DNA of 64,000 nt from Eledone cirrhosa (taxonomy: Eukaryota). Each line of letters starts with the position of its first letter. The first letter of the stretch is position 1. The position numbers and the translations under genes were made by a program. The stretch lies in the NCBI GenBank assembly GCA_964016885.1, contig OZ024747.1, positions 54,560,001 to 54,624,000 of the forward strand. Direction: 5' to 3'. The notes beneath the pieces were generated by a model. The model was not told the DNA's origin and did not search any database. It worked only from the letters and a program-made list of their open reading frames with translations. Positions 39,392-53,448 of the stretch are shown here, in pieces.

Positions 39392-39860
39392 GGGAAGTTC
39401 GTGAGTCCTCAAGCAAGCCTTCCAGCGGAGCCTGGCAAAAGCAACATTCCCCAGTTGTTGTTCTCCATATATATCGCCCAGGGTTTACAATTGGGTCTCA
39501 AGCCGACTGTTTTCTCCCGTAATAATCAGTCTAAAGATTCTGCCCGAGACATTCTAGCATCATGTCCGTAATATCCGAGCTGTGATATCTCAATTCGTTT
39601 CTACCTGATCACAAAGCTACGCATTGTATCAAGGTTGTTACAAAGACCCTTCGAGTTTACTGTATTTCGGCCATTTGTATTTGCGATCATTTTTTTCGAC
39701 CATTGCAAAATATTTATGACCATAACAAATCGTTGTCTCGAATACTGAATTGAAGACGGTGAGTTTGGCGTTTACATATACCGGCCCTTCTTCTGGTAAC
39801 CGAATGCAAAAGATGTTGCATTGCGGCACAAGCTCCTACATTTACTGATGCCCTGAGATA
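39392..39860 (-). mobile_element. decayed RTE-clade LINE 3' fragment
   Basis: KLTVFNSVFETTICYGH and RIEISQLGYYGHDARM resemble the RTE motifs P-L-YG-E-W and QLRWFGHV-RM. Confidence 0.65.
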
Positions 39861-39913
39861 CTACGAAGATTATACACACACACACACACACACACACACA
39901 TTCACACACATAA

Positions 39914-40004
<91 letters not shown>

Positions 40005-40006
<2 letters not shown>

Positions 40007-40212
40007 AATGTTCAAAACCCCGACGGCAGAGCTCGAGCCATTTCCACGACTATTTCTGGGCGGCTATTTCTGGAGTCCAGAAATAGCCGTCGAAACGGTT
40101 TGAGATCTGCCGTCGGGGTGTTGATCATTTTCCTATTACACACTCTACTTCCCTAAGTATTGAGTACTCTGGTGCGTTATGGTCAACCTGCTCCTTACCA
40201 CACTTCCTTCGT

Positions 40213-40215
<3 letters not shown>
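40005..40215. mobile_element. family H3 inverted terminus
   Basis: AAACCCCGACGGCAGAGCTCGAGCCATTTCCACGACTATTTCTGG / CCAGAAATAGCCGTCGAAACGGTTTGAGATCTGCCGTCGGGGT plus tail to CCTTCGTTA(TA)n. Confidence 0.85.
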
Positions 40216-40291
<76 letters not shown>

Positions 40292-40806
40292 CCCATTTGC
40301 AACCACGCAGCACGTTATTTTTTCATATATTTATATATTTTCCTCCGCTGTGACCCGTCTGTTTCTTTCTTACTGCTTCCCCTTTCTCTGTATCTATCAC
40401 TTTCTTTTACCCCCTCTGCCAGTCACTCTCCCAGCTAGCCTCTTCCTCACACTTTCACTCACTCACTCTCTGCTACTCCCTCTCCATTACTTCCTCCCGT
40501 TTGACCTGTGCGAAATCCTTTCCTCACTCACATTTCAACCAGGTTGGATGGTCTTTTTTTCTCTCGTCAACGATTTCACAGAACTTATGTTCATCGATTT
40601 CAAGGACTTGACTCCTTCTTCCTCACTTTTCGTTTCATTACCATCTTTGTTTGTTTACTGTCTCGCTCGTTCCCCCTATTTACGTGTCCCAACGACTTTC
40701 TTTAGCCGTTGCTCGCACCAACCAGAGGTATATGATCTTTAAAGCGATGAAATACCAATGAAGGCTGGAAGATCACTGATGAAGGACTAATTTTATTCAT
40801 ATATAT

Positions 40807-40917
<111 letters not shown>

Positions 40918-40938
40918 ATATATACATATATATAAATA

Positions 40939-41092
<154 letters not shown>

Positions 41093-41188
41093 GATATCGA
41101 GTTAGAAACTCAAAATAGTCTCTTACAATTAAATAGCTCAAATAAAGAAGTTTTTTTCTGAGCCGTCTGTTAAAATTGAAAATACAAT

Positions 41189-41230
<42 letters not shown>

Positions 41231-41283
41231 TAAAATATTAAACAAATAATGAATAAACAATTCCTTATATTAAACAAAAAAAG

Positions 41284-41438
41284 TTCATTATTTAACGATC
41301 GTTTCTAGGATATATATGTGTTAGAATTGGTATGCATATTCAACAGATCTATGTACAAAATTATACAAAATTATACAAATTATCAAGATTAAATATACAT
41401 ACCAAACACATATATACGCCGTCTTCAGAAATAATGAA
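41284..41438 (-). ncRNA. type I hammerhead with extended stem II (family H2)
   Basis: 10-bp stem I TTCATTATTT/AAATAATGAA, CTGAAGA, long hairpin (TATATATGTGTT/AACACATATATA; TGGTATGTATATT/AATATGCATACCA), GAAA-CGATC-GTT. Confidence 0.78.
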
Positions 41439-41880
41439 GTATATTTATTGATAATAACAACAATTCAAAATTTCAGGTCCGTTTGGGAACAAAAATTGAC
41501 CAATGAAAACACAAAGGGTTAAATGCAGTTTGGTGTGTGTATATACATGTAAAACCCTTACACATATTTTACAAAAATGTATGTATAATTTGTATACGCA
41601 TACTAAAAGGATGGATGCAAATACAAAATTTCAAGTTTAATGTCTCTGTAAATTTATAATGCACAGATAAGATGCGTATTGACACTTATGAAATTAAGTA
41701 TACAAATATATTTTTTCATACTCACACATATCCGTACTATCACACATACACGCGCGTATATGCATAAATATACACATAACCACGAACATACAAACACACA
41801 CACACCACCACTCACATTTATATATGTGGATATAAAATCATAAGCACATGGATATTAATTCATATATATATATATTTATA

Positions 41881-41952
<72 letters not shown>

Positions 41953-42209
41953 CATATATGTATATATCTGTGAGTGTGTGAGTGTGAGTGCGCGTATGTA
42001 TGGGTGCAAATCTAGCGTGAGGTATACTACAATATCCGCAGAGTAGGCAGTGGTATGACTCGGTAGACTGCACGCTCAGCAATATATGATTAGGTAGAAC
42101 GCAAATATAAAAGAAGCCCCCGCCTCTCACAAATACGCATACATATACGTACACATACACATATCTCATACATATACATACACACACACATAGCCTCATA
42201 TTTGCATAT

Positions 42210-42313
<104 letters not shown>

Positions 42314-42367
42314 AATATATATATATATATATATATATAGTTTTGTAGAGACACTCTCATAAAGTTC

Positions 42368-42398
<31 letters not shown>

Positions 42399-42466
42399 TT
42401 ATATATATATTTATACACACACACTCAAACACACACACACACACATACTGACGTATATTTGCATAT

Positions 42467-42543
<77 letters not shown>

Positions 42544-42588
42544 GTGAGAGAGAGAGAGAGAGATAGTTTTGTAGAGACACTCTCATAA

Positions 42589-42628
<40 letters not shown>

Positions 42629-42664
42629 CATAAAGACACACACACACATGTATATATGCATATA

Positions 42665-42695
<31 letters not shown>

Positions 42696-43119
42696 GGTGT
42701 GTGTGTGTGTGTGTGTGTGTATGCATAAACGCGAGTAAACACACACGCAGACATATGTACATCCATACATTCAGACACATGAATGAATATATACAGACGC
42801 ACGCTGTCATACATAGACTTGCGTGCGTGTCCCTGTGTTTCTGTGTGTGTATTTCAGTAGCAGCCAAGGTCACAATGTTCTCGTGTGTACGGCATTGATG
42901 TTTGGCTTATGTCAAAGATGAAAGTTTATCAACGTGTTGATTTGAAGAAGTTCACTTTGCATTGAATCATGCAAATACTGAGCCGTTGTGTACATAGAAG
43001 AACTTAAACACACACATACACACACAAACACTCGAACACACTCACAGTCGTTGGCATATAACATCACACATACACACACACAATCATGGTCTCACTCTCA
43101 CTCACACACGCATACATAT

Positions 43120-45118
43120 ATACATACATACACTCACAAACATACATCTATATATACATACGTACATACATACACCCACAAACGTACATCTATATATCTA
43201 TACGTACATACACCCTCAAACATACTTCTATATATCCATCTATATATACGTACATACACCCACAAACATACATCTATATATACATACATACATACATACA
43301 CCCACAAACATACATCTATATATACATACACACACCCACAAACGTACATCTATATATACATACGTACATACATAGACCCACAAACGTATATCTATATATA
43401 CATACATAAACCCACAAACATACATCTATATATACATACATCTATATATACATACATACACACACCCACAAACGTACATCTATATATACATACGTACATA
43501 CATACACCCACAAACGTATATCTATATATACATACATACATACACCCACAAACATACATCTATATATACATACATACATACACCCACACACATACATCTA
43601 TATATACATACATACATACACGCACAAACATACATCTATATATACATACATACACCCACAAACATAGATCTATATATACATACATACACCCACAGACATA
43701 CAGCTATATATACATACGTACATACACCCACAAACATATATCTATATATACATACGTACATACATACACCCACAAACGTACATCTATATATACATATATA
43801 CACCCACAAACATATATCTATATATACATACGTACATACATACACCCACAAACGTACATCTATATATACATACGTACATACATACACCCACAAACGTATA
43901 TCTATATATACATACATACACCCACAAACATACATCTATATATACATACATACATACACCCACAAACATACATCTATATATACATACACCCACGAACATA
44001 GATCTATATATACATACATACATACACCCACAAACATACATCTATATATATACATACGTACATACATACACCCACAAACGTACATCTATATATACATACA
44101 TACACCCACAAACATAGATCTATATATACATAGATACATACACCCACAAACATACATCTATATATATACATACGTACACCCACAGATATACATCTATATA
44201 AACATAGATACACCCTCAAACATACATCTATATATACATACATACACCCACAAACATACATCTATATATACATACGTACATACACCCACAAACGTACATC
44301 TATATATACATACATACACCCACAAACAGAGATCTATATATACATACATACATACACCCACAAACATACATCTATATATATACATACGTACATACATACA
44401 CCCACAAACGTACATCTATATATATATACATACATACATAAACCCACAAAAATACATCTATATATATACATACATACACCCACAAACATAGATCTATATA
44501 TACATACATACACCCACAGACATACATCTATATATACATACGTACATACATACACCCACAAACATTCATCTATATATACATACGTACATACATACACCCA
44601 CAAACGTACATCTATATATACATACATACACCCACAAACATAGATCTATATATACATAGGTACATACACCCACAAACATACATCTATATATATACATACG
44701 TACATACATACACCCACAAACGTACATCTATATATATATATACATACATAAACCCACAAAAATACATCTATATATATACATACATACACCCACAAACATA
44801 GATCTATATATACATACATACACCCACAGACATACATCTATATATACATACGTACATACATACACCCACAAACATACATCTATATATACATATGTACATA
44901 CATACACCCACAAACGTACATCTATATATACATACATACACCCACAAACATAGATCTATATATACATACATACATACACCCACAAACATACATCTATATA
45001 TATACATACGTACATACATACACCCACAAACGTACATCTATATATATATATACATACATACATACATAAACCTACAAAAATACATCTATATATATACATA
45101 CACCCACAAACATACATC
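43120..45118. repeat. about 2-kb minisatellite, 26-40 bp unit CACCCACAAACATACATCTATATATACATACATACATA
   Basis: Dozens of tandem units varying in the number of TA and CATA sub-repeats. Confidence 0.95.
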
Positions 45119-45138
45119 TCTCTCTCTCTCTCTCTCTC

Positions 45139-45204
<66 letters not shown>

Positions 45205-45677
45205 CATACGCACGAAAGCCAGATAGTGACACGGAAGCAACATTTTCAACAAGACAAAAGAAATCTGTAAATCTCGCAACCGAGCACTAAAATGACAGAA
45301 TTGTACGAATAGCCAATAGGTATCATTTTCCCTACTTCTTTATCTATCCGTCTCAATGTCCGCCATATTGTCTGTCTGGCTGTCAATCTATAGTTATCTA
45401 TTTATGTATATTTACACATATTTCTATTTTCAGATTTAATAATAAATTATATATCCCTTTAGGGTTCCGAAGGTAGATAGACAGATATATCGATGGATAG
45501 ATAGTTAGATTGATTGAAGGATATATATATATATATATTTATAAATATATATATATATATATTATAAAGAGTTGGGACACGATGGCTGAGCTCGTGTATC
45601 GAGTACTCTGTTGAATAATGATCTAATTAATTTTAAACTGGTTCTCGCTAACTCTACTCTCTCTTTCTCACTATATA

Positions 45678-45813
<136 letters not shown>

Positions 45814-45814
45814 T

Positions 45815-46082
45815 ATAGTTATGTAATAAACAGCATAAGCCAATTATTTCATTTACCAGTGGTTTCTTAAAAGCAAACACATTTTGCTTTGAATCATCAG
45901 AATGAAAACATCCTGGTGTCTTTTCAGGATTTTTTCATTCTGATGAATGAAAGCAAAATTTGTTTGCTTTTAAGAAACTACTGGTAAATGAAATAATTGC
46001 CTTATGTTGTTTATTACATAACTATTAAGCTCTGTAACCTACATAGAGCACTCTTTTTTCCCGGACCTTTAGACGGAATTAT

Positions 46083-46085
<3 letters not shown>
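45815..46085. mobile_element. inverted-duplicated terminus, family H6, HHR in both arms
   Basis: About 100-bp arms plus 60-nt tail; HHRs 45847-45907 (-) and 45933-45993 (+): TTTCATT-CTGATGA-..AAAGCAAA..TTTGCTTT..-GAAA-C(C/T)ACTG-GTA|AATGAAA. Confidence 0.88.
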
Positions 46086-46155
<70 letters not shown>

Positions 46156-46171
46156 GTATATATATATACAT

Positions 46172-46224
<53 letters not shown>

Positions 46225-46476
46225 CATTAAGGGAGTGATAGACAGAACACATGTTTCTTTTTGGGGGCATATATATGTCTTATAATGATTAAAGAAATTA
46301 TGAGAGAAAATTATTGTAATGGTTGGATATGAATGGAAAACGAAAGAAGGTAATGGCAGGCAAGACAAGATTTGAAGATCTTTGAAAACCGAAAAAAACA
46401 GCCATGTTTATATGGAGTATTGCATTCAATGAATTAACAAGTAAATTATTTTTTTTAACTATATATATATATATAT

Positions 46477-46894
46477 ATGTAAAAGTTCTATTTAAATTGT
46501 TGGGATACAACAAGCAAATATTTTTATAACTGAGATAAAGCACTCAACAAATAATTGGAGTAAAAATACGATATTAACAAATGGAAACTATATTTATAAA
46601 ACCATATTTATTTCATTATACATATTTCAAGGACACCAGGTTAAATTATGGTCTGCTTTCATCAGATAAAATATAATATACACCAGTTTTATAAATAAAT
46701 ATTGACATACCCTTAAATAATGCAACCATTACTGTTGGAAGCAACCAACCGGAAATTTATAATAAATTGAACTGAAAACTTACAGTGTTCTTATTGGCAG
46801 TAGCCGCCCAATAAGAACACTGTAAGTTTTCAGTTCAATTTATTATAAATTTCCGGTTGGTTGGTTGTTTTATATTTTGCTCTTTAATCACGAA

Positions 46895-46895
<1 letters not shown>
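46477..46895 (-). mobile_element. family H5 element with HHR 46610-46672 and upstream 56-bp-arm hairpin 46742-46863
   Basis: ATTTTAT-CTGATGA..GAAA-TATGT-ATA|ATGAAAT; perfect inverted repeat CAACCAACCGGAAAT...TCTTATTGG / CCAATAAGA...ATTTCCGGTTGGTTG. Confidence 0.85.
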
Positions 46896-46935
<40 letters not shown>

Positions 46936-47022
46936 ATACACGTGTGTGTATGATTGTGTATAGAAGATTATATTAATATTTCAACAGTTGAAAATTGCAA
47001 ACTTGACTGTCACCACACATTA

Positions 47023-47061
47023 TGAACCTGAAGATTGCGAAAGCATGAAAGTACTTGTTCA
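47023..47061 (+). ncRNA. 39-nt minimal type I hammerhead
   Basis: TGAAC-CTGAAGA-tTGC gaaa GCAt-GAAA-GTA-CTT|GTTCA; perfect stem I, GNRA-capped stem II, palindromic AGTACT stem III. Confidence 0.82.
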
Positions 47062-47173
47062 ATTAACACTTAACATTTAATATTCTATCATACTATTTCA
47101 TTATAGTACCATTATAAATTTTAAAGGATTGTAAATAAAACGAGTAAATCCGACAAAGTTGGAATTCCTCTTA

Positions 47174-47249
<76 letters not shown>

Positions 47250-47492
47250 CACAGGATTAGCCCCTTTACTTCCCTCAGAAGAAGAGATAGTATCTCGAAA
47301 TATCAGGATATACAAATAAATGTAAGGTAAAAGGCTAATTGTCAGCGCTATCTTTTGCATTTGTATTTATATTATATTTCCATACATGCATTGTTCTGGC
47401 CTTCCAACTTCAAACGTTTATACCTCTTATACCTCACTACGCAATGCTGCATATAAACTAACATTTCCTTATATATATATATATATATATAT

Positions 47493-47550
<58 letters not shown>

Positions 47551-48057
47551 ATATATATATATATATTAGAAAGTGAGGTTTTTTTTACAAAATGAAAAAT
47601 AACCGAGGTGTTCTACACGAGTGGAAGTATAAAGAAAAAGAGATGAAATCGAAAATGCAACTGAAGTCTTATTTTTAAAAAAAATATATATATTTATTTG
47701 GTTCCTTTACCGGTTTCGCAGTTCTTCTGCTTTTCAAAAGGTGAGTTGAGATGGAGGGTCTGTGGTTTTTCTCACATCTGGTTGGTCTCTAAATGTTACT
47801 TGTTTTATATGGAAAAACTGGCTCGAAAACCAGGTTTTTCGAGAAGTAATTTGATTGGTTTGTCAATAATTATAATAAATTTCGCGCCAGTTCGCGTTAC
47901 AATAGTTCTTCAAATAAGAGAGGGGGGGGGGGTGTCACAGGTTGTTTTTTCATATATGAGTGTTTGAATTTCTTTTTACTTGAAAAAATGAGGCTCACGA
48001 AGTGTTTTTTATTTTTTTATTTTTTTTTATTTTTTATAGTGAATGTTATGAATGTAT

Positions 48058-48095
<38 letters not shown>

Positions 48096-48593
48096 ATATT
48101 TAATTATATATGTATGTATTGGTGTGCTATATTCATTATCCCTCTATAGCTGACCATATGAGAGCAGCTGAAATGTTCTCCACCATGGCTCATGTGTGGG
48201 CTCAGTATTACTGTAGAACAAAGGATGAGAGAGCAAAGGACTTAACACCAATATCATTCCAACTGATTTGCTAGTACTTATTAGAGCATCATTGTTGGAG
48301 AAGGATAAATCTGATGTAAGACCTATGATTTAATTTCAGCCAATGATGTGGCCCTGTTCTTTTTGGATACCTGCCACCGTGTTTCATAGAGAAGAATCCG
48401 TTGAGCTAAACAACTTTAACCCATGCTGTTTGAGTATGACTGTTTCTTCATGCTATCACCTCACCATATGCAAAAAGGAATTTAAATCCTTAGTAGGCTA
48501 AAAATCCATGTTCGGGTCACTCCTGTATAAGAAAAAGGTCAAATGACAGCAATTCTCAAAAGTGAGATGCAGTCATTATATATCCATACAAAA

Positions 48594-48815
48594 GGTCGGT
48601 AGATTGGTAGTATCGGTAGAGGGTTGGACGCCATGCTTTGCAGAATAGAGTTACAGCCCTTTATGAACTGAGTTCAAATGCCGCCGAGGTTAACATTGCC
48701 TTTTATTCTTACGGGATCGATATAAATAAAGTACCAATCACGAACTACGTACGATCTGATCGACATTCCTTTCCCCCAAAATTGCTGGCCTTGCACCTAT
48801 ATAAGAAACCATTAT
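48594..48815 (+). mobile_element. SINE S1
   Basis: Head, B box, body and tail as above. Confidence 0.88.
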
Positions 48816-48962
48816 AAACCCATACACACATATATTGGAACGGAAAGAATTCAGCCATCTCGTCGCGACTAGTTATATTATAGCCATACTCTACTGCCAC
48901 ATGTATCGAGTGCTCTTTTGAGTAATGCTCTAACCAGTTTCAAACTAATTCTATCCTGATTC

Positions 48963-49042
<80 letters not shown>

Positions 49043-49049
<7 letters not shown>

Positions 49050-49564
49050 TAACAGATTACAGTTTAAGCAAAGAATCGCTGCTTTCACCCTTCACGGGAT
49101 CTTCTGAAACTAAAAAAGTCAATCTGTGAAAGCAGAAGTGAATATTTCAAAAAACGTTGCAACCGAAGGAAGACAGGAAGACGATACTTTGGTTCATGGA
49201 AACCTTTCCTGGCAAAGAACGGGAAAAAGACGAAGATAATACGTCATTATTTGGAGCGGTGAAAACAATTGCGCGCAAAGACAAAACCACGTTTTTTTCC
49301 GTTCTTTGCCAGGGAACGTTTCCACGAACCAAAGTATCGTCTTCCTGTCTTCCTTCGGCTGCAACGTTTTTTTGAAATATTCACTTCTGCGTTCACAGAT
49401 TGACTTTTTTAGTTTCAGAAGATCCCGTTAAGGGTGAAAGCAGCGATTCTTTGCTTAAACTTTAATCTGTTATTTTAATAAATATTTGCTCTACGGTTCT
49501 TATATATTTGATATATATTTATCCTTATCGAGCCTTCTTTGGATTTATGCTTCAAATTTATTAT

Positions 49565-49568
<4 letters not shown>
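49043..49568. mobile_element. inverted-duplicated terminus, family H7, variant HHR in both arms
   Basis: About 190-bp arms (49043-49232 / 49290-49479) plus about 88-nt tail; AGTTT-CAGAAGA-tCCC gttaa GGGt-GAAA-GCA gcgattctt TG-CTT|AAACT at 49411-49461 (+) and 49061-49111 (-); partial copies 54143-54292 and 57047-57155. Confidence 0.85.
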
Positions 49569-49633
<65 letters not shown>

Positions 49634-49647
49634 TATATATATATATA

Positions 49648-50012
49648 TAGTTATGCTTTGGGAGGGTCATGTTGCCAATAAGAAACACACGCACCAGTTG
49701 CTTTCACTCCAAATTATTATAAATTAAATTTATAAATTTAAGAATTTATAAATTTCCGGTTGGTTGGTTGGTTCCACAACCGGACGGTTGTTCATATATT
49801 GTCAAAGTTCTTTTGTCACACATTCTGTGACCTCTCAAGTGACTGTAGATTCTTTTCTCTGTTTTTGTGCCTCTCCTTTGTTCTGTCCTACGCCATATTG
49901 TTTTTGTGTGTGGTGTGTGCTTAGTTTGCAACATGACCCTCCTAAAGCATAGCAATATCGGTTTCAACACACGTTTTCAGATAAAGAATCTTGCTAAACA
50001 AATTCAGAAACG

Positions 50013-50015
<3 letters not shown>
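49648..50015. mobile_element. family C element with inversion
   Basis: GGGAGGGTCATGTTGCCAATAAGAAACACAC...; right end GCAACATGACCCTCC plus tail to CAGAAACGA(AT)n. Confidence 0.82.
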
Positions 50016-50062
<47 letters not shown>

Positions 50063-50068
<6 letters not shown>

Positions 50069-50465
50069 AGATCAAAAGATGGTTAAAGGAGTTCCATTTA
50101 TTTTATTATGCGCATTTCAAAAACAAACATCATCAAGCAATAATATTTGTGTTTTCATCAGATAAAACAGGAGAACATGATATGAAGGCTAAAAAACACT
50201 TGTGGATAGTGCAGTTTTAAATCAAAATATGCACTATCCACAAGTGTTTTTTAGCATTCATATCATGTTCTCCTGTTTTATCTGATGAAAACACAAATAT
50301 TATTGCTTGATGATGTTTGTTTTTGAAATGCGCATAATAAAATACATGGAACTCCTTTAACCATCTTTTGATCTTATATTATGTATACTCCAGTCCTACA
50401 AACCGTAGAGTGCTTCTTATCCGATATCTGCATTGCTTTATTGTACTACAATAAAACTCACCTCC

Positions 50466-50467
<2 letters not shown>
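50063..50467. mobile_element. near-perfect inverted terminus, family H8, intact HHR in both arms
   Basis: About 150-bp arms (50063-50213 / 50230-50380) plus about 85-nt tail; GTTTTAT-CTGATGA-long stem II-GAAA-TGCGC-ATA|ATAAAAT at 50275-50343 (+) and 50100-50168 (-). Confidence 0.92.
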
Positions 50468-50546
<79 letters not shown>

Positions 50547-50612
50547 AGGTTATGCAAGAAATGTTTAGGATTAACCTGAATGCAGTAATAGTCGACTCTC
50601 TCTCTATATATG

Positions 50613-50682
<70 letters not shown>

Positions 50683-51390
50683 CACATATGTGTGTGTGTG
50701 TGTTTTCGGCTATAATCGATAGAAAAAAAGAAAGTGTAGTATTCAATAAATATAGAAGAGTGTATTAATTCACTACGTCTCTATTCCGAATTTGTGCGTG
50801 CACATAAATACACAAACGCACACACACTGGAACATGGAGACACAGACACTCACACATGCGTGCGCAGGATATATTGATAATTATTCAAGACTACTCCGGA
50901 CTAAATATTTAAGAAAATAAAACAACAAAAAAATATATCGATATTTTCATCAGGATTCGAACACCGCTCTCTCTCTCTCTCCGTCCCTCTCTACAGTGAC
51001 TAGGAAAAGTTATCTGGGGAACAACATTATCAATGAAACTTAGCCAATACTTTGGTGCTGAGGGCAACAGTTAGGCGAACACACAGACATGAAAACCGTT
51101 GCACATGGAATCAGTAACACACACGCATCTATATATGTCCACAGACACATGTACACACACACACTCGCTCGCTCATACACACACACACACAAACACTCAC
51201 ACACGCGCGCACTAGCCTCGAGACTCACACATGGATATATACAAACAACTAAACGCACTTCACAAAACACACGCATAGAATGAAATACTGTGACACACTC
51301 ATGCACACACGTGTGCATACTAGTATTGGAGAGTACACGTGTTTGACGCATTTCATGATACACACGATCCTATCCAAATGTGCGTGGATA

Positions 51391-51462
<72 letters not shown>

Positions 51463-51531
51463 TATAAATACCTATGTCTCTAAATACCCGTAATTTTGCA
51501 AGTTGGAACATTCATTATTTTCAGGCTATAT

Positions 51532-51700
51532 TAGCATAGAGTTACGGCTCTTTATGATCTGAGCTCACATCCCGCCGGGGTTAACTTTGCCTTTCATCCT
51601 TATGGGGTCCATAAAATAAAGTACCAGTCACGCACTGGGACCGATTTAATCGACTTTCCCCTCCCCCAAAATTACTGGCCTTGTGCCTATGTAAGAAACC
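51532..51700 (+). mobile_element. 5'-truncated SINE S1 with 19-bp target-site duplication
   Basis: CATTATTTTCAGGCTATAT on both sides (51513-51531 and 51700-51718). Confidence 0.88.
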
Positions 51701-51904
51701 ATTATTTTCAGGCTATATCAACTTTCTATTCATCATATTATATATATACACACGCAATCAACACACACAGACATACATAAATATATATATACACTCACTA
51801 ACTCAGGCACACATTCTCACATATAAACTCACTTACGCACACATATTCACATACAAATTCCCATATGTTCACATATTTAGACAGTCACACATGCACAATT
51901 CATT

Positions 51905-51936
<32 letters not shown>

Positions 51937-51938
<2 letters not shown>

Positions 51939-52004
51939 CAAAGGAATTTAGTCCAGAAATAGCCGTCGAAACAGCTTCAGCTCTGCCGTCGGGGTCATAC
52001 TTTT

Positions 52005-52010
<6 letters not shown>
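51937..52010 (+). mobile_element. family H3 fragment (HHR 3' half)
   Basis: TTTAGTCCAGAAATAGCCGTCGAAACAGC..CTCTGCCGTC|GGGGTC, TA-flanked. Confidence 0.78.
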
Positions 52011-52073
<63 letters not shown>

Positions 52074-52096
52074 CATATATATATATATATATGTAT

Positions 52097-52191
<95 letters not shown>

Positions 52192-52198
52192 TATACTT

Positions 52199-52273
<75 letters not shown>

Positions 52274-52276
52274 GTA

Positions 52277-52353
<77 letters not shown>

Positions 52354-52590
52354 ATACTTTGGGAGGGTCATGTTGCCAATAAGAAACACACGCACCACAT
52401 ACCTTCACTTCAATTTATTATAATAAATTTATAAATTTAGGAATTTATAAATTTCCGGTTGGTTGGTTCCACAACCAGATGGTTGTTTATATATTGTCAA
52501 AGTTCTTTCGTCACACATTCTGTGACTTCTTCAGTGACTGGGGATTCTTTTCTTTGTTTTTTGTGCCTCTTCTTTGTTCTATCCTACGCC

Positions 52591-52654
<64 letters not shown>

Positions 52655-52831
52655 AACATGGTTCTGCATGCTTTTCACTCTTTCTGTTGCGTGTGGCTTA
52701 GTGGATAACGTGTTCGGTATACGTTACTAAGGTCGTGACTTCGATTCCTGGCAGTGCGTTACGTACTTGAGCAAGACAATTTATTTCACGTTGCTCCAAC
52801 CCACTTACTTGGCAAATATGTATTGTATCTT

Positions 52832-53448
52832 TAATAATTGTTTCTACTTTAGGCACTAGGTCAGTAATGTTTTAGTGGGGAGGGTATGTCAATTAAATCG
52901 ACTCCAGAACATTACTGGTGCTTTATTTTATCGACACCGTAAGGATGAAAGGCAAAGCTAATCCTGGCGGGAATTGAACTCAGAACGTAAAAGGCCGTTA
53001 CTCTACGCAACAAAGCGTTATGTCCAACGCTCTACCGACACTGCCAATCCACCACCCTCTTGTAGCTGTAATAATTGTTTGTACTTTCGGCACAAGGCCA
53101 GCAATTATCTCAGTACATTACTGGTACTTTATTGTATCGACCCCGTAAGGATGAAAGGCAAAGTTAACCTCGTTACTTGTAATAATGATTTCTAGTACAG
53201 GGACAAGGCCAGTAATTTGGGCGGAGGGGAAAGTCGATTAAATCGGCCCCGGTACGTTACTGGTACTTTATTTTATCGACCCCGCAAGGATGAAAGGCAA
53301 AGTTAAACTCGGTGGAATTTGAACTCAGACCGTAAAGGAATCTATGTTACATGCATGGCGTCCGACCCTCTACCGATATTGCCAATCCACCACTCTGTAT
53401 CTGTCATAAGTGTTTCTACTTTTGGCACTAGACCAGCAATTATCCCAG
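52832..53448 (-). mobile_element. tandem SINE S1 copies (3-4, partly truncated)
   Basis: Reverse complement of S1 head, body and tail repeated. Confidence 0.88.
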
